A DNA stretch of 64,000 nt from Acidimicrobiia bacterium (GCA_965216725.1 CBDCGI010000022.1:64438-128437), one strand, 5' to 3'; positions 19,365-29,521 are shown, counted from the stretch's first letter. The notes: generated by a model not told the origin, from the sequence alone. Program-made: numbers and translations.

Positions 19365-21206
19365 ATGACACAGTCCAGCGCTCTCGCCGAGCGGGCCGAT
19401 ATCGACGCGGAGGTCGAAGGCAAGACGATTGTTGATTTCTTCAACCAGAACGCAGAGCGGTACCCGGATCAGCCGGCGATCCATTTCAAGTCAGACGGCG
19501 ACTGGGAGTTCCTGACCTGGCAGCAGTACCGCGATGTGGTTCACCAAGCGGCGGCAGGCCTGCACGCTCTCGGAGTGGGTGACGACGAGTTCGTGGGAAT
19601 CATGGCCGGCAACCGTCCCGAGCACGTCATCGCCGACTACGCAGCAGTCCACTCCGGGGCCACCGGAGTCACCATCTATTCCACGCTCGCCGCCAACGAG
19701 ATCCAGTACATCGCAGACAACTGCAAGGTGACGGTGGCGATTCTCGAGGATCTGACCTACATGAAGCGGTGGGAGGAGATCAGGTCTGAGCTCCCGAACC
19801 TCCGCTATGTCGTACTCATGGAGGGTGCCGAGAACTACGACACTGCCGACTGGGTGCTCAGCTGGGACGAGTTGATCGCTCGCGGGATCCAGCGACTGAA
19901 TGATGATCCCGACTCGGTGGAAAGGTCGTCCGCGGCGATCACTCCCGACGGGCTTGCAACTCTCATATACACCTCTGGCACCACTGGCACCCCCAAAGGA
20001 GTGATGGTCACCCATCGCAATGTGGTCTGGACCACCGAGTGCCTACGACGCGCTGCCGACCTGGGCCTTGGCGCCCGATTCGTCTCCTATCTACCAATGG
20101 CTCACATCGCAGAGCGAATGGTCAGCCATTATCTGGGCACTTACCTCGCGGCTCAGGTCTGGTTTTGCCCCAACTTGGCCAATGTTCTCGAGTACATACA
20201 GGCGGCCAAGCCGACGATTTTCTTCGGCGTCCCCCGTGTCTACGAGAAGTTCCATGCGAGGCTCGTTTCCAACTTCGAGGCGGCGTCTGGCGTCCAGGGC
20301 AAGCTGCTCCAGGCAGCGTTGAGGGCAAACGAGAAGCGGGTGGAAGCGGAAGCCGAAGGCGGGAAGGGGCCGGCCACGGCTGGGCTCCTTGACAAGGTGG
20401 TCCTCTCCAAAGTTCGGGGGCGTCTGGGCATGGAGGACGTGAAGATCGCCATCACGGCCGCGGCGCCCATAAACGCAGATCTGGTCAAGTTCTTCCACAC
20501 CATCGGCGTTCCGCTTTTCGAGCTCTACGGGATGTCCGAGACTTCGGGCCCGGCGACTTCCAACCTCCCCGGAGCCAACAAGTTCGGTTCGGTTGGCCTG
20601 CCACTGCCGGGAGTGGAGGTCAAAGTGGCCGAGGACGGTGAGCTGCTGATGCGGGGAGGTGTGATCACCGCCGGCTATTACAAGCTCCCGGACAAGACGG
20701 CTGAGGCTTTTGGTGCCGATGGCTGGCTCCATTCGGGAGATCTCGCCAAGATCGACGAAGACGGGTTCGTGTGGATCGTTGGTCGAAAAAAGGACATCAT
20801 CATCACCGCGGCCGGCAAGAACATTGCTCCGGCGGTGATGGAAACCGCTCTCGGCAACCATCCCATCATCTCCAAGGCGGCGATGGTCGGGGACAGACGC
20901 AAGTTCCTCACCGTGGTGATCGCTCTCGACCCCGAGGAGGCGCCGGGATGGGCGGAGGCGAACGAGATCGAATACTCCGACCTGGCGGCTTTCTCGCAAC
21001 TCGAAACGGTTCGCTCTGAGATCGAGCGCGCGATTGAACTGGCCAACTCCAAGGTGGCCAGGGTCGAGCAGATCAAGAAGTGGATCATCGTGTCAGATGA
21101 GTGGACGCCGGAGTCCGGCGAATTGACCCCATCGCTGAAACTGAAGCGCAACGTCGTACTCGACAAGTACGCAGACGAGATCGAAGCTCTCTACAGCGGG
21201 GTTTGA
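19365..21206 (+). CDS. fatty-acyl-CoA ligase (AMP-dependent synthetase, FadD-like)
   Basis: YTSGTTGTPKGV and GYGMSETSG motifs with an AMP-binding C-terminal domain. Start chosen at MTQSS to avoid overlap with mcr. Confidence 0.8.
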   Translation: MTQSSALAERADIDAEVEGKTIVDFFNQNAERYPDQPAIHFKSDGDWEFLTWQQYRDVVHQAAAGLHALGVGDDEFVGIMAGNRPEHVIADYAAVHSGATGVTIYSTLAANEIQYIADNCKVTVAILEDLTYMKRWEEIRSELPNLRYVVLMEGAENYDTADWVLSWDELIARGIQRLNDDPDSVERSSAAITPDGLATLIYTSGTTGTPKGVMVTHRNVVWTTECLRRAADLGLGARFVSYLPMAHIAERMVSHYLGTYLAAQVWFCPNLANVLEYIQAAKPTIFFGVPRVYEKFHARLVSNFEAASGVQGKLLQAALRANEKRVEAEAEGGKGPATAGLLDKVVLSKVRGRLGMEDVKIAITAAAPINADLVKFFHTIGVPLFELYGMSETSGPATSNLPGANKFGSVGLPLPGVEVKVAEDGELLMRGGVITAGYYKLPDKTAEAFGADGWLHSGDLAKIDEDGFVWIVGRKKDIIITAAGKNIAPAVMETALGNHPIISKAAMVGDRRKFLTVVIALDPEEAPGWAEANEIEYSDLAAFSQLETVRSEIERAIELANSKVARVEQIKKWIIVSDEWTPESGELTPSLKLKRNVVLDKYADEIEALYSGV

Positions 21207-21218
21207 CCTGTCGGCGAT

Positions 21219-22373
21219 ATGGATTTGAGTCGCCGGATCTTCGAGACCGATCACAACTTGTTCCGGGAGACGGTCTCCGAGTTCGTACGTAGAGAGGTCA
21301 CTCCCCACGTCGACAAGTGGGAATCGCAAGGCAAGATCGACAAGTCGATGTTCAAGAAGGCTGGTGAGGCCGGGTTGCTGGGCCTTGCCGTGCCGGAGGA
21401 CTATGGGGGCGGGGGGACCGCGGACTTCCGGTTCAACGCTGTGATCGTCGAAGAGTTGGTACGTGGTGACGCCTTTGCATCAGGTATGGCGATAACCCTT
21501 CACAACGACATCGTCACCCCCTACTTCACCGACCTCGGGACTGAGGATCAAAAGAGGAGATGGCTCCCCGGAATCGCCAACGGCGACCTGATGACTGCCG
21601 TGGCAATGACGGAGCCGGGAGCCGGTTCCGACCTTGCCGGGATCTCAACTACGGCGGTCCTCGACGGCGACCACTACGTGGTGAATGGTTCGAAAACCTT
21701 CATCACAAACGGGATCAACTCGGATCTGATAGTGACCGCGGTCAAGACCGACCCCTCGCAGCGTCATGCCGGGATGAGCCTGCTGGTCATCGAAGAAGGC
21801 ATGGACGGGTTCAGCAGAGGTCGAAACCTGGAGAAGATCGGCCTCCATGCCCAGGACACGGCGGAGCTCTTCTTCGACGATGTCCGGGTCCCGGTGGCGA
21901 ATCTGTTGGGCCAGGAAGGGAAAGGCTTCCTCCATCTGGTTCACAACCTCCCTCAAGAACGTCTCTCTCTGTCCGTAGGCTCCGTGGCTCACGCCGAGCT
22001 GGCGTTCGGCTGGGCGTTGGAGCACGTAAAGGAGCGCCAAGCCTTTGGCCGTCGCATCGGGAGCTTCCAAACCGTCAAACACAACCTGGCGGAGATGCGA
22101 ACCGAGCTCGACATTGCCCAGGAGTACGTCGACAGCCAGATCATGGCTCTAACTCGAGGGGAGCTGAGCGCCACTGATGCGGCCAAGGCGAAATGGTGGG
22201 TCTCCGAGATGGAGAAACGCGTAATCGATCGTTGCCTCCAGCTCTTTGGCGGGTGGGGATACATGGAGGAGTATCCGATCGCCCGCGCCTACCGGGACGC
22301 TCGGGTGCAGACCATCTACGGGGGAACCACCGAGATCATGAAAGAGATCGTTGGCCGGTCGCTAGGCCTCTAG
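21219..22373 (+). CDS. acyl-CoA dehydrogenase
   Basis: 384 aa. ACAD N-terminal, middle and C-terminal domains with the catalytic-base region YGGTTEIMKEI near the C-terminus. Confidence 0.85.
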   Translation: MDLSRRIFETDHNLFRETVSEFVRREVTPHVDKWESQGKIDKSMFKKAGEAGLLGLAVPEDYGGGGTADFRFNAVIVEELVRGDAFASGMAITLHNDIVTPYFTDLGTEDQKRRWLPGIANGDLMTAVAMTEPGAGSDLAGISTTAVLDGDHYVVNGSKTFITNGINSDLIVTAVKTDPSQRHAGMSLLVIEEGMDGFSRGRNLEKIGLHAQDTAELFFDDVRVPVANLLGQEGKGFLHLVHNLPQERLSLSVGSVAHAELAFGWALEHVKERQAFGRRIGSFQTVKHNLAEMRTELDIAQEYVDSQIMALTRGELSATDAAKAKWWVSEMEKRVIDRCLQLFGGWGYMEEYPIARAYRDARVQTIYGGTTEIMKEIVGRSLGL

Positions 22374-22403
22374 CGCTCCGACCACTGACAAAAGGAAGAA
22401 TCG

Positions 22404-23312
22404 ATGAGTGACCAAATCACGTTTGACGACCGCGTCGTCGTCATCACCGGCGCCGGAGGTGGTCTGGGCCGCGAGTATGCCCTGGAAATGGCGCGGCGCG
22501 GGGCCCGTGTCGTTGTCAACGACTTGGGGGGAGCTGTGGACGGAACCGGGGCATCGACGTCGGCTGCTGATCTCGTCGTCAGCGAAATCACCGAAGCTGG
22601 GGGAGAAGCGGTTGCCAACTATGACTCCGTTGCTACCAGGGACGGCGGGGAGGCGATCATCCAGACCGCCCTGGACGCGTTCGGTTCGGTTGATGTCGTG
22701 ATCAACAACGCCGGGATCCTCCGTGATCGGTCGTTTGCAAACATGACCCTGGACGAGGTTGATGCCGTTCTTGGGGTCCATCTCCACGGCGCGTTCCACG
22801 TGTCCCACCCAGCGTTCCGCGTGATGAAGGAGCAAGGTTATGGAAGGTTTGTCCACGCCTCGTCTGCTGCCGGGATCTTTGGCAACTTCGGTCAGGCCAA
22901 CTACGGCGCTGCCAAGGCTGGGCTCGTAGGGCTCTCCAATGTGCTGGCCATCGAGGGGGCCAAATACAACATCAGATCCAACGCGATCGCACCCATCGCC
23001 CGGACCCGAATGACCGAAGACATCTTGGGGCCGATGATCGAGATGGTCGACCCGAAACAGGTGGTCCCGATGGTCGTTTACCTGGCATCGGAAGCCAACC
23101 CGCACACTCACGAGATCTTCTCGGTCGGCGGTGGCCGGTACGCTCGCGCTTTCATAGGCGTGAACAGAGGTTGGTTCGCCGGGGCCGGTGTCGTTCCATC
23201 GGTTGAGGAGCTTGCAGAGAACTTCGAAACCGTCAGAGATCTGAGCGACCACGTCGTGCCGTCCACACTCACCGAAGAGATAGGTCTCATCGGTGAGATG
23301 CTCGCCGGCTGA
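22404..23312 (+). CDS. (3R)-hydroxyacyl-CoA dehydrogenase, MFE-2/HSD17B4-type SDR (Hsd4A-like)
   Basis: VVITGAGGGLG, NNAGILRD and YGAAKAG motifs. Sequence resembles the N-terminal dehydrogenase domain of peroxisomal multifunctional enzyme 2. Confidence 0.8.
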   Translation: MSDQITFDDRVVVITGAGGGLGREYALEMARRGARVVVNDLGGAVDGTGASTSAADLVVSEITEAGGEAVANYDSVATRDGGEAIIQTALDAFGSVDVVINNAGILRDRSFANMTLDEVDAVLGVHLHGAFHVSHPAFRVMKEQGYGRFVHASSAAGIFGNFGQANYGAAKAGLVGLSNVLAIEGAKYNIRSNAIAPIARTRMTEDILGPMIEMVDPKQVVPMVVYLASEANPHTHEIFSVGGGRYARAFIGVNRGWFAGAGVVPSVEELAENFETVRDLSDHVVPSTLTEEIGLIGEMLAG

Positions 23313-24169
23313 TGCCTATCGACTTGGAGCGGGCGATCGGAGCCCGAATACCGCCCTCCCGATACAGCTGGGCCGACGAAGACGTCATTCTCTATCACCT
23401 CGGCATCGGTGCCGGCTCCGATCCAATCGAGCCTTCTGAGCTGAGATATGCATACGAAGGCGACCTCGTGGTGATCCCGACGTTCGCGACCATCCCGCCT
23501 TTCTCGTTGCTGATGGGGTTTGTCTCGGTGGACGGGGTCGATGTCAACCTGGCTCAGATCCTTCACGGGGAGCAGGAGACCATTGTTCATAGGGAGATTC
23601 CAACGTCGGGATCGGTGGTCAACGAAGGCGTCGTGACTGGGATCTACGACAAGGGGAGTGGCGCCTTGGCCCGGGTTGAGGTGGTGTCGACGCTGGAGGA
23701 AAGCCAGGAGCCGGTGTTCACCAATATCTCGACGCTATTCATCAAGGGGGAGGGAGGCTGGGGAGGAGACACGGGCCCGTCAACCCGCGTCGCAATGCCT
23801 GAGCGCGATCCGGATAGAGTCGTCGCGTCTCCGACGCTGCCCCAGCAGGCACTGTTGTATCGAGTGGCCTCGGGAGATCGGAATCCGTTGCACGCCGACC
23901 CTGGCTTCGCTGCATTCGCGGGATACGAAAGACCCATATTGCACGGGCTCTGCACGTACGGGATCGTCTGCAAGGCCGTGATCGACTCAGCGCTCGACTG
24001 CGACCCCACCCGCGTCGCCTCCTACAGGGGCCGGTTCTCCGGGGTGGTCTACCCGGGGGAGACGATCCAGACTCGCATCTGGGACGAAGGCGACAGTCTG
24101 GTTGTGGATTCGAAAGTGGTGGAGCGGGGCGAGCCAGTGCTGACCGAAGGAGTGCTCGTCAGACGCTAG
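23312..24169 (+). CDS. MaoC-like (R)-specific enoyl-CoA hydratase (double hot-dog, MFE-2 hydratase-2 / Hsd4B-like)
   Basis: 285 aa hot-dog fold hydratase. Start is immediately after the stop of the upstream SDR (translational coupling). Conserved RNPLHADPGFA region. Confidence 0.8.
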   Translation: MPIDLERAIGARIPPSRYSWADEDVILYHLGIGAGSDPIEPSELRYAYEGDLVVIPTFATIPPFSLLMGFVSVDGVDVNLAQILHGEQETIVHREIPTSGSVVNEGVVTGIYDKGSGALARVEVVSTLEESQEPVFTNISTLFIKGEGGWGGDTGPSTRVAMPERDPDRVVASPTLPQQALLYRVASGDRNPLHADPGFAAFAGYERPILHGLCTYGIVCKAVIDSALDCDPTRVASYRGRFSGVVYPGETIQTRIWDEGDSLVVDSKVVERGEPVLTEGVLVRR

Positions 24170-24184
24170 CGGTGTGGGCAGCGA

Positions 24185-24982
24185 TCAGGCTTCTATGACC
24201 ACCGGGGTGCCGATCGAGATCAACTGATGGAGAGTTGTGATCTGATGGTTGGGGAGACGGACGCACCCCAACGAGGCCGCCTGCCCAATCGATGAGGGAC
24301 GGTTGGTGCCATGGATTCCGATGATCCCATCACCTCCGTTGTACTCGGTGATCGTGTCCGACCTGGCAGACAGGCCGAGAGCGTGGGGTCCCCACGGGCT
24401 CTGGGGATCCGAGAGGCTCACACTGTCGGTGACGAAGAAGGTTCCCGTGGGGGTGGGGTTCACTGCGGTCCCGACTGCAACCTTGGCCACGAGCATGATC
24501 GATCCCATCTCGGAGTAGGTGAGCGTCCTCTCAGAAAGGTCGATGTGAACCTGCCCCGACACCACGTAGAGCGGCATCTGGCTGACGTCGACCCAGCCCG
24601 TGGTGCCATTGGGTCGGACCGGGAGCATGACGCGCGCCCAGCCGTCGATGGGCCCCTCGACGAGGGCGACGACCGTTGGGGTCCCCAGAATGGTCTCGGG
24701 GTCCAGAGTCGCAAAGGGGGTGCCGCGGCCCGGCTTGTCGAAGACATCCACCTCGCCGGCGGCACGAGCCACCAATGTCATCCCGTCGGGCAGGGTCTCG
24801 CTGGTGAAGCCCTGGTACGTCTCGCCGGGATCGGGTACTGGCAAGACTTCCGTCGGGTAGCGGTGGGTGGTGACGGGTGTTCTAGGTTCCGCTGCCGTGG
24901 TTGACGTTGAACGCGCGGCTTCCCCACCGCAGGACGCAACCATTAGCACGCCGCAGACCAGGATCAGCCGTACCCGCATCAC
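24185..24982 (-). CDS. L,D-transpeptidase (YkuD domain) lipoprotein
   Basis: Signal peptide with a lipobox-like VASCGG. C-terminal catalytic motif IGIHGT..SLGCVRL (His/Cys of the YkuD fold). Confidence 0.75.
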   Translation of the reverse strand: MMRVRLILVCGVLMVASCGGEAARSTSTTAAEPRTPVTTHRYPTEVLPVPDPGETYQGFTSETLPDGMTLVARAAGEVDVFDKPGRGTPFATLDPETILGTPTVVALVEGPIDGWARVMLPVRPNGTTGWVDVSQMPLYVVSGQVHIDLSERTLTYSEMGSIMLVAKVAVGTAVNPTPTGTFFVTDSVSLSDPQSPWGPHALGLSARSDTITEYNGGDGIIGIHGTNRPSSIGQAASLGCVRLPNHQITTLHQLISIGTPVVIEA

Positions 24983-25074
24983 AGAGAATGTTATCGGTCG
25001 TAGCCAGCCGCCACTGTGGGGGTAGGTAGACGCTGGCGATTACCCTTCAGCTGGGATACCGGGTAGGAGGACCG

Positions 25075-26607
25075 TTGGTGTACGTCCCTGTTGTCGCGTC
25101 TCTAGAACGCAACCCGAGCCAGCAACGGCTTCGGGAGTTAGCCCGCGCCGCCATGCCCCGGCTGCAGGAGACGGAGTTCGGCAATCTCAATTACACCGCC
25201 GAGGTGACTGCCCGTCTCAAGAATTCGACCTTCTTTGTCGCCGACGAGGAGATCTACCAGAACCGAATCTCCCGTGAAGAGGCGCAACGCTGGGCCCGAC
25301 TACAGGACGAATACATCGCCGACAAGGAAATGATTGCGATTGAGGGCTATATCGGGCCCGACCCCGACTTCCGCACCGGCGTGCGCATGATCATCGAGGC
25401 CACCCAGCCAAACATCGCAGCCATGCAGGCGCAGTTGTATTTCCCTCCCGACGAGGACTGGAGGCCAGATTTCACGGTGATCTACACCCCAGGCCTGCCG
25501 GCCCCAGGCAAGCCAGACGACCGCTTGATCGTGGCCGATCTCGACCAGTACGTGACCCGCGTGCTAGGCAGCGACTACTTCGGCGAGTCCAAGATGGGCG
25601 GCCTTCGCATGTGGAACAAGTTGGTGTACGACGAGGGAGGCTTGGCTCTGCATGCCGGCCTCAAGACTTTCCCCGCAGACGGTACCCGAAGCGGGCGTGA
25701 GGAGTCGATGCTGATAATCGGCCTCTCCGGCACCGGTAAGACGACCACGACGTTTCGACAGCAGATCGGGTCTCAGCCCGTGCAGGACGACTTCGTCGCC
25801 GTCATGCCCGGAGGAGGGCTTCACACCACCGAGGCCGGCTGCTTCGCCAAGACTTATGGCCTCGATCCCGATGACGAGCCCACGATCCACGGTGGGACCA
25901 CTCGGCCTGACGCCTGGTTGGAGAACGTGGCCGTGGACCATCGCGGCAGGGTCGATTTCTTCGACACGACTTATACCGCAAACGGCCGGAGCACCTTTCC
26001 TCTGGCGAACATTCGTCACCGCGACCCGAGGGATGTGCCACCAGCGCGGTATTTGTTGATCCTCAACCGATCGGATCATTTGGTCCCGGCGGTGGCCCGT
26101 CTCCATCGGAACCAGATTGCGGCCTATTTCATGCTCGGCGAGACCAAGGGGACATCGGCTGGCGGCGCCGCCGAGTCGGGCAAGAACCTTCGTGTTCCGG
26201 GGACCAACCCCTTCTTCTTCAACAACGACGCCTGGCAAGGAAACCGACTGTTGGAGATTCTCGACTCGACTCCCGAATTGGAGGCATTTGTTCTCAACAC
26301 CGGCCGCATAGGCGGCGAGGGCCCCGACTCCAAGAAGGTGCGGATACCGGACTCGTCGGCAGTGGTCCAGGGGATCGTGGAAGGCACGATCTCCTGGGAC
26401 GTTGATCCCGACTTTGGCTACGACGTGGCTAGCACCGTCCCAGGTGTCGAGGATCTGGAGCTCCTCCAACCGATCAGGCTCTACGAGCGGCTGGGTCGCG
26501 AGACCGAATATCGGGAACTCGTCGACCGGCTGAAAACCGAAAGGCTCGACTACCTGGCCTCATTCCAGGGCCTCGACAGTGCCATCGCGGCGGGCCTCTA
26601 CGGATGA
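25075..26607 (+). CDS. pckA: phosphoenolpyruvate carboxykinase (ATP)
   Basis: Kinase-1a P-loop GLSGTGKTT is specific to ATP-type PEPCK. 510 aa. TTG start 5 nt after an AGGAGG RBS. Confidence 0.9.
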   Translation: MVYVPVVASLERNPSQQRLRELARAAMPRLQETEFGNLNYTAEVTARLKNSTFFVADEEIYQNRISREEAQRWARLQDEYIADKEMIAIEGYIGPDPDFRTGVRMIIEATQPNIAAMQAQLYFPPDEDWRPDFTVIYTPGLPAPGKPDDRLIVADLDQYVTRVLGSDYFGESKMGGLRMWNKLVYDEGGLALHAGLKTFPADGTRSGREESMLIIGLSGTGKTTTTFRQQIGSQPVQDDFVAVMPGGGLHTTEAGCFAKTYGLDPDDEPTIHGGTTRPDAWLENVAVDHRGRVDFFDTTYTANGRSTFPLANIRHRDPRDVPPARYLLILNRSDHLVPAVARLHRNQIAAYFMLGETKGTSAGGAAESGKNLRVPGTNPFFFNNDAWQGNRLLEILDSTPELEAFVLNTGRIGGEGPDSKKVRIPDSSAVVQGIVEGTISWDVDPDFGYDVASTVPGVEDLELLQPIRLYERLGRETEYRELVDRLKTERLDYLASFQGLDSAIAAGLYG

Positions 26608-27230
26608 TCGGCGGGTAACACCAAGAGCAGGGTCCCGTTTCCGACCCGCACATCCACCACCGGCGCCGTCGTGACGTTGCTCACGCCGCGAGTCGACCCG
26701 GCGGGCAGCACCTCATTGTCGAGGTTCCACTTGAGCCCACCGGTGGTTACTCCGAAGGCACCGCCGCCGACGGGAATGAGGCTCACGGTGAGCCCTACGT
26801 CGACATGGATCAGGCGTCGTCCTCTCACCACGTGCGCCCGACTCCGGTTGCTGATCCAGTCGATCTCATCGACATTGCGCCAACGGTCTGAGGCCAGCAA
26901 AGTTGCGATTGCGATCTCGTGGTCGTGACGGCCGCCGGCTCCGCCGACGATGATGATTCGCTCCGGGTCGTCCCTTATCGCGAGCTCCAGAGCCAGGTCG
27001 AGATCCGTCTGATCTTTGTCGGGTGAGTGACGTTCGATGAGGACACTCGAAGAGATTTCGGACTGATCGATCGAATCGAGGTCCCCGACGAGTACGTCGA
27101 CCGGATAGTCGATCGCCGATGCGATGAGGTAACCGCCGTCGGCGGCAATGCTGAGATGCGGGGCGGGGAGGTCCTGGAGAACCCCGGAACCGACCAGTTC
27201 GCCTCCTGAGAAAATGACGATGGTCGACAT
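26598..27230 (-). CDS. thiamine pyrophosphokinase
   Basis: 210 aa. GDLDS motif with the IIVGGAGGRHDH region typical of TPK catalytic and thiamine-binding domains. Confidence 0.65.
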   Translation of the reverse strand: MSTIVIFSGGELVGSGVLQDLPAPHLSIAADGGYLIASAIDYPVDVLVGDLDSIDQSEISSSVLIERHSPDKDQTDLDLALELAIRDDPERIIIVGGAGGRHDHEIAIATLLASDRWRNVDEIDWISNRSRAHVVRGRRLIHVDVGLTVSLIPVGGGAFGVTTGGLKWNLDNEVLPAGSTRGVSNVTTAPVVDVRVGNGTLLLVLPADHP

Positions 27231-27328
27231 CGAGAATCACAAAATCGTCTTACGCGCGTATTCGCGGGTAAGAGCTAAGCCTGAACTAGAGGTTGACAGT
27301 GCTCCATTGCCGTGAGATCGGATTGGTT

Positions 27329-28531
27329 TCATGCCATATCGACCTCGATGAGCTGCTGGGCACGACGCAGCGCAGCGGTGACCTGACCCGGGATCGACGC
27401 TCGGGCGAAGACGAACCCCAGATATCGGTCACCCCATGGCGGAGGTTCGAGGCGATCACCAGGGCGAGCGCTGATCTCGATGCCGGTGACATGCTCTATG
27501 CCGCGAATCACGGCCTCGTTGGCCAGCCCTCGATACGTGCCGGCACGGGGTATCGGGATCATGAGGACACCGCTGGCGGTGTTTTCTCGCTGTAGCTCGG
27601 GTTTGTCCATTCCCAGAGCGTTGCGGAGGATCAATGTTTCCAACGAGGTGTTCATCAATCCGAAGCTGAGACTCCTCGAGCACAGGCCACCTATCGACCT
27701 GGCAGCCACTTCTATGACCTTGGCCCGCCCACCCTCGACCTTGAGCTCGACGTGAACCGGGCCGTGGGTCAGGCCCAGGGCCCTGACTGCAAGGTCGGCC
27801 ACACGCTGCGCTTCGTTGATCGTGGTTGCTTCCAATTCACTGGGTGTCACCAGAATCGTCTCCGGGAACGCGGGGCCGTGGGTGGCATAAGGCTTGTCGA
27901 AGACGGCAAGGGTCGTGAGGGCTCCTCGGCTCACCAGTCCTTCGATTGCGATTTCGGCACCAGGGACAAACTCCTCCAAGAGGAGGGTGGCTTCGTCGCC
28001 CACTATCCCTCGCACCTGTCGGATCGCGGCCGTGAGCTGAGTCGGGTCTTCGACACGGAGCACACCTTGCCCGGCGGACCGATCGGTGGGCTTCACGACG
28101 GCGGGGAAATCGATACCGTGCGGGATCGGATCCCCTGGCGACAACAGCCGGAACCGGGGTTGCGGCACCTCGGCCGAAGCCAGCAATGAACGCTGCGTCG
28201 CCTTGTCCCGGGTGGCTGTCGCCGCGGTCGCTGGGTTTCCGGGTATACCGAGATTGGAGGCTGCAATAGCTGCAGTCACCACGCCGCCATCATCGGCTGC
28301 AACGATCCCGTCAACGTCGACGCGGTCGTTGAGAGCGACGATGTCCATGGCGGCTTGGCCGGGGTCACGACAATCGACCTGGACATAGCCGTCACCCATT
28401 TCAATTGGGGGCGCAACGTCGGACGCCACTATCACGTCGACGTCGAGACTCACCGCGGCCTCGAGGAAGTCCTCGGCGCGGTAGGTGGTGCTGGGCAACA
28501 GCACGACGACTGTGGGCATCGGTTTGGTCAC
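27329..28531 (-). CDS. ATP-grasp domain protein (carboxylate-amine ligase-like), function unknown
   Basis: Central ATP-grasp fold (AVVKPTDRSAGQGV, EEFVPGAEIAIEGL, HVELKV). About 400 aa. No diagnostic substrate motif recognised. Confidence 0.6.
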   Translation of the reverse strand: MTKPMPTVVVLLPSTTYRAEDFLEAAVSLDVDVIVASDVAPPIEMGDGYVQVDCRDPGQAAMDIVALNDRVDVDGIVAADDGGVVTAAIAASNLGIPGNPATAATATRDKATQRSLLASAEVPQPRFRLLSPGDPIPHGIDFPAVVKPTDRSAGQGVLRVEDPTQLTAAIRQVRGIVGDEATLLLEEFVPGAEIAIEGLVSRGALTTLAVFDKPYATHGPAFPETILVTPSELEATTINEAQRVADLAVRALGLTHGPVHVELKVEGGRAKVIEVAARSIGGLCSRSLSFGLMNTSLETLILRNALGMDKPELQRENTASGVLMIPIPRAGTYRGLANEAVIRGIEHVTGIEISARPGDRLEPPPWGDRYLGFVFARASIPGQVTAALRRAQQLIEVDMA

Positions 28532-28555
28532 TGGGCTGGGTTAGCATTCTCGCAG

Positions 28556-29170
28556 ATGTCTGAATCCACAATTCTCAGCATCGCCCCCGACGCCCTGGAC
28601 ATGATTCGCCAACTACGCGACCAGGAGCCGGGCGACGGCGAGTTCGCGCTTTCGATCGAGGTCACCGGCTTCCGGGGCCCTCAGTTCACCTACGAGCTGG
28701 CGTTTGTCGCCCTGAGCGACAAGAAGGAGGACTGGGTCGAGGAGCGACACCAGGATCTGGCACTGATGTTTCCCCAATCAGATTCGGAGAAACTAGATGG
28801 GGCCTCGCTCGACCTGACCGACCAGGGTCTGGTCATGAACAACCCCAACTCGCCGGACACGCCGCAGATGGCGGCACCGGCCGGAGATTTGGAGGGTCCT
28901 CTGGTTGACCGGGTCCAGCAGGTGATCACCGAGCAGGTAAACCCTGCCATCGCATCCCATGGCGGCGGCGCCGAGTTGGTCTCCATCGACGGCACAATTG
29001 CCTATCTCAGATTGTTTGGAGGCTGTCAGGGTTGCGGTTTGGCCCAGGTGACCCTGAAACAAGGAATCGAGAGAATCGTCCTCGATTCCATCCCTGAGCT
29101 CACCTCAGTTGTCGACGTGACGGACCACGCGTCCGGTACCGACCCCTATTACCAAAGCCAGAAGAAGTAG
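28556..29170 (+). CDS. Fe-S biogenesis protein NfuA-like (degenerate A-type carrier N-domain plus Nfu C-domain)
   Basis: Start re-chosen at MSESTILS. The C-terminal Nfu motif GGCQGCG is present. The N-terminal IscA-like domain lacks the Cys triad, as in NfuA. Confidence 0.75.
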   Translation: MSESTILSIAPDALDMIRQLRDQEPGDGEFALSIEVTGFRGPQFTYELAFVALSDKKEDWVEERHQDLALMFPQSDSEKLDGASLDLTDQGLVMNNPNSPDTPQMAAPAGDLEGPLVDRVQQVITEQVNPAIASHGGGAELVSIDGTIAYLRLFGGCQGCGLAQVTLKQGIERIVLDSIPELTSVVDVTDHASGTDPYYQSQKK

Positions 29171-29236
29171 CAGGTTTCCTAAGGAGCAGGGCTTCATATG
29201 TGGGACGTTTCGCGCTCAGAATGTGGCGCGATGCCG

Positions 29237-29521
29237 TCAAGCGGGCTGTCGGCGTCCTCTCGTCGCCCAGCCGGCGTCAACCGCGATGTCGAGGAACAAG
29301 CCGACCACGATGCCCAAGATCCCCCACGGTGCCGCCTGGTCGCCAACGATGTAGCCGAGGACGTAGAGAGTGGTGGTCCAGGGAAGGAAGACGATCCCCA
29401 AGATCGGCAGTACCACACCGTCGTCGAAGGCACGGTCGACCCAGTCACTCACCAGCCATATGACAAGCACCCCTACACGCGGGCTGACCAGGGTCAGAAT
29501 CAGGATCAGACATCCCATCAA
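29237..29521 (-). CDS. small integral membrane protein (3 predicted TM helices)
   Basis: 94 aa hydrophobic ORF. It is preferred over the overlapping plus-strand 134-aa hydrophilic Asp/Gln-rich ORF, which has no signal or fold features. Confidence 0.4.
   Translation of the reverse strand: MMGCLILILTLVSPRVGVLVIWLVSDWVDRAFDDGVVLPILGIVFLPWTTTLYVLGYIVGDQAAPWGILGIVVGLFLDIAVDAGWATRGRRQPA

Noticed and set aside
20091-20999. 302-aa minus-strand ORF
   Set aside because: Antisense to the FadD-like ligase gene, which has clear AMP-binding motifs.
25564-26469. 301-aa minus-strand ORF
   Set aside because: Antisense to pckA.
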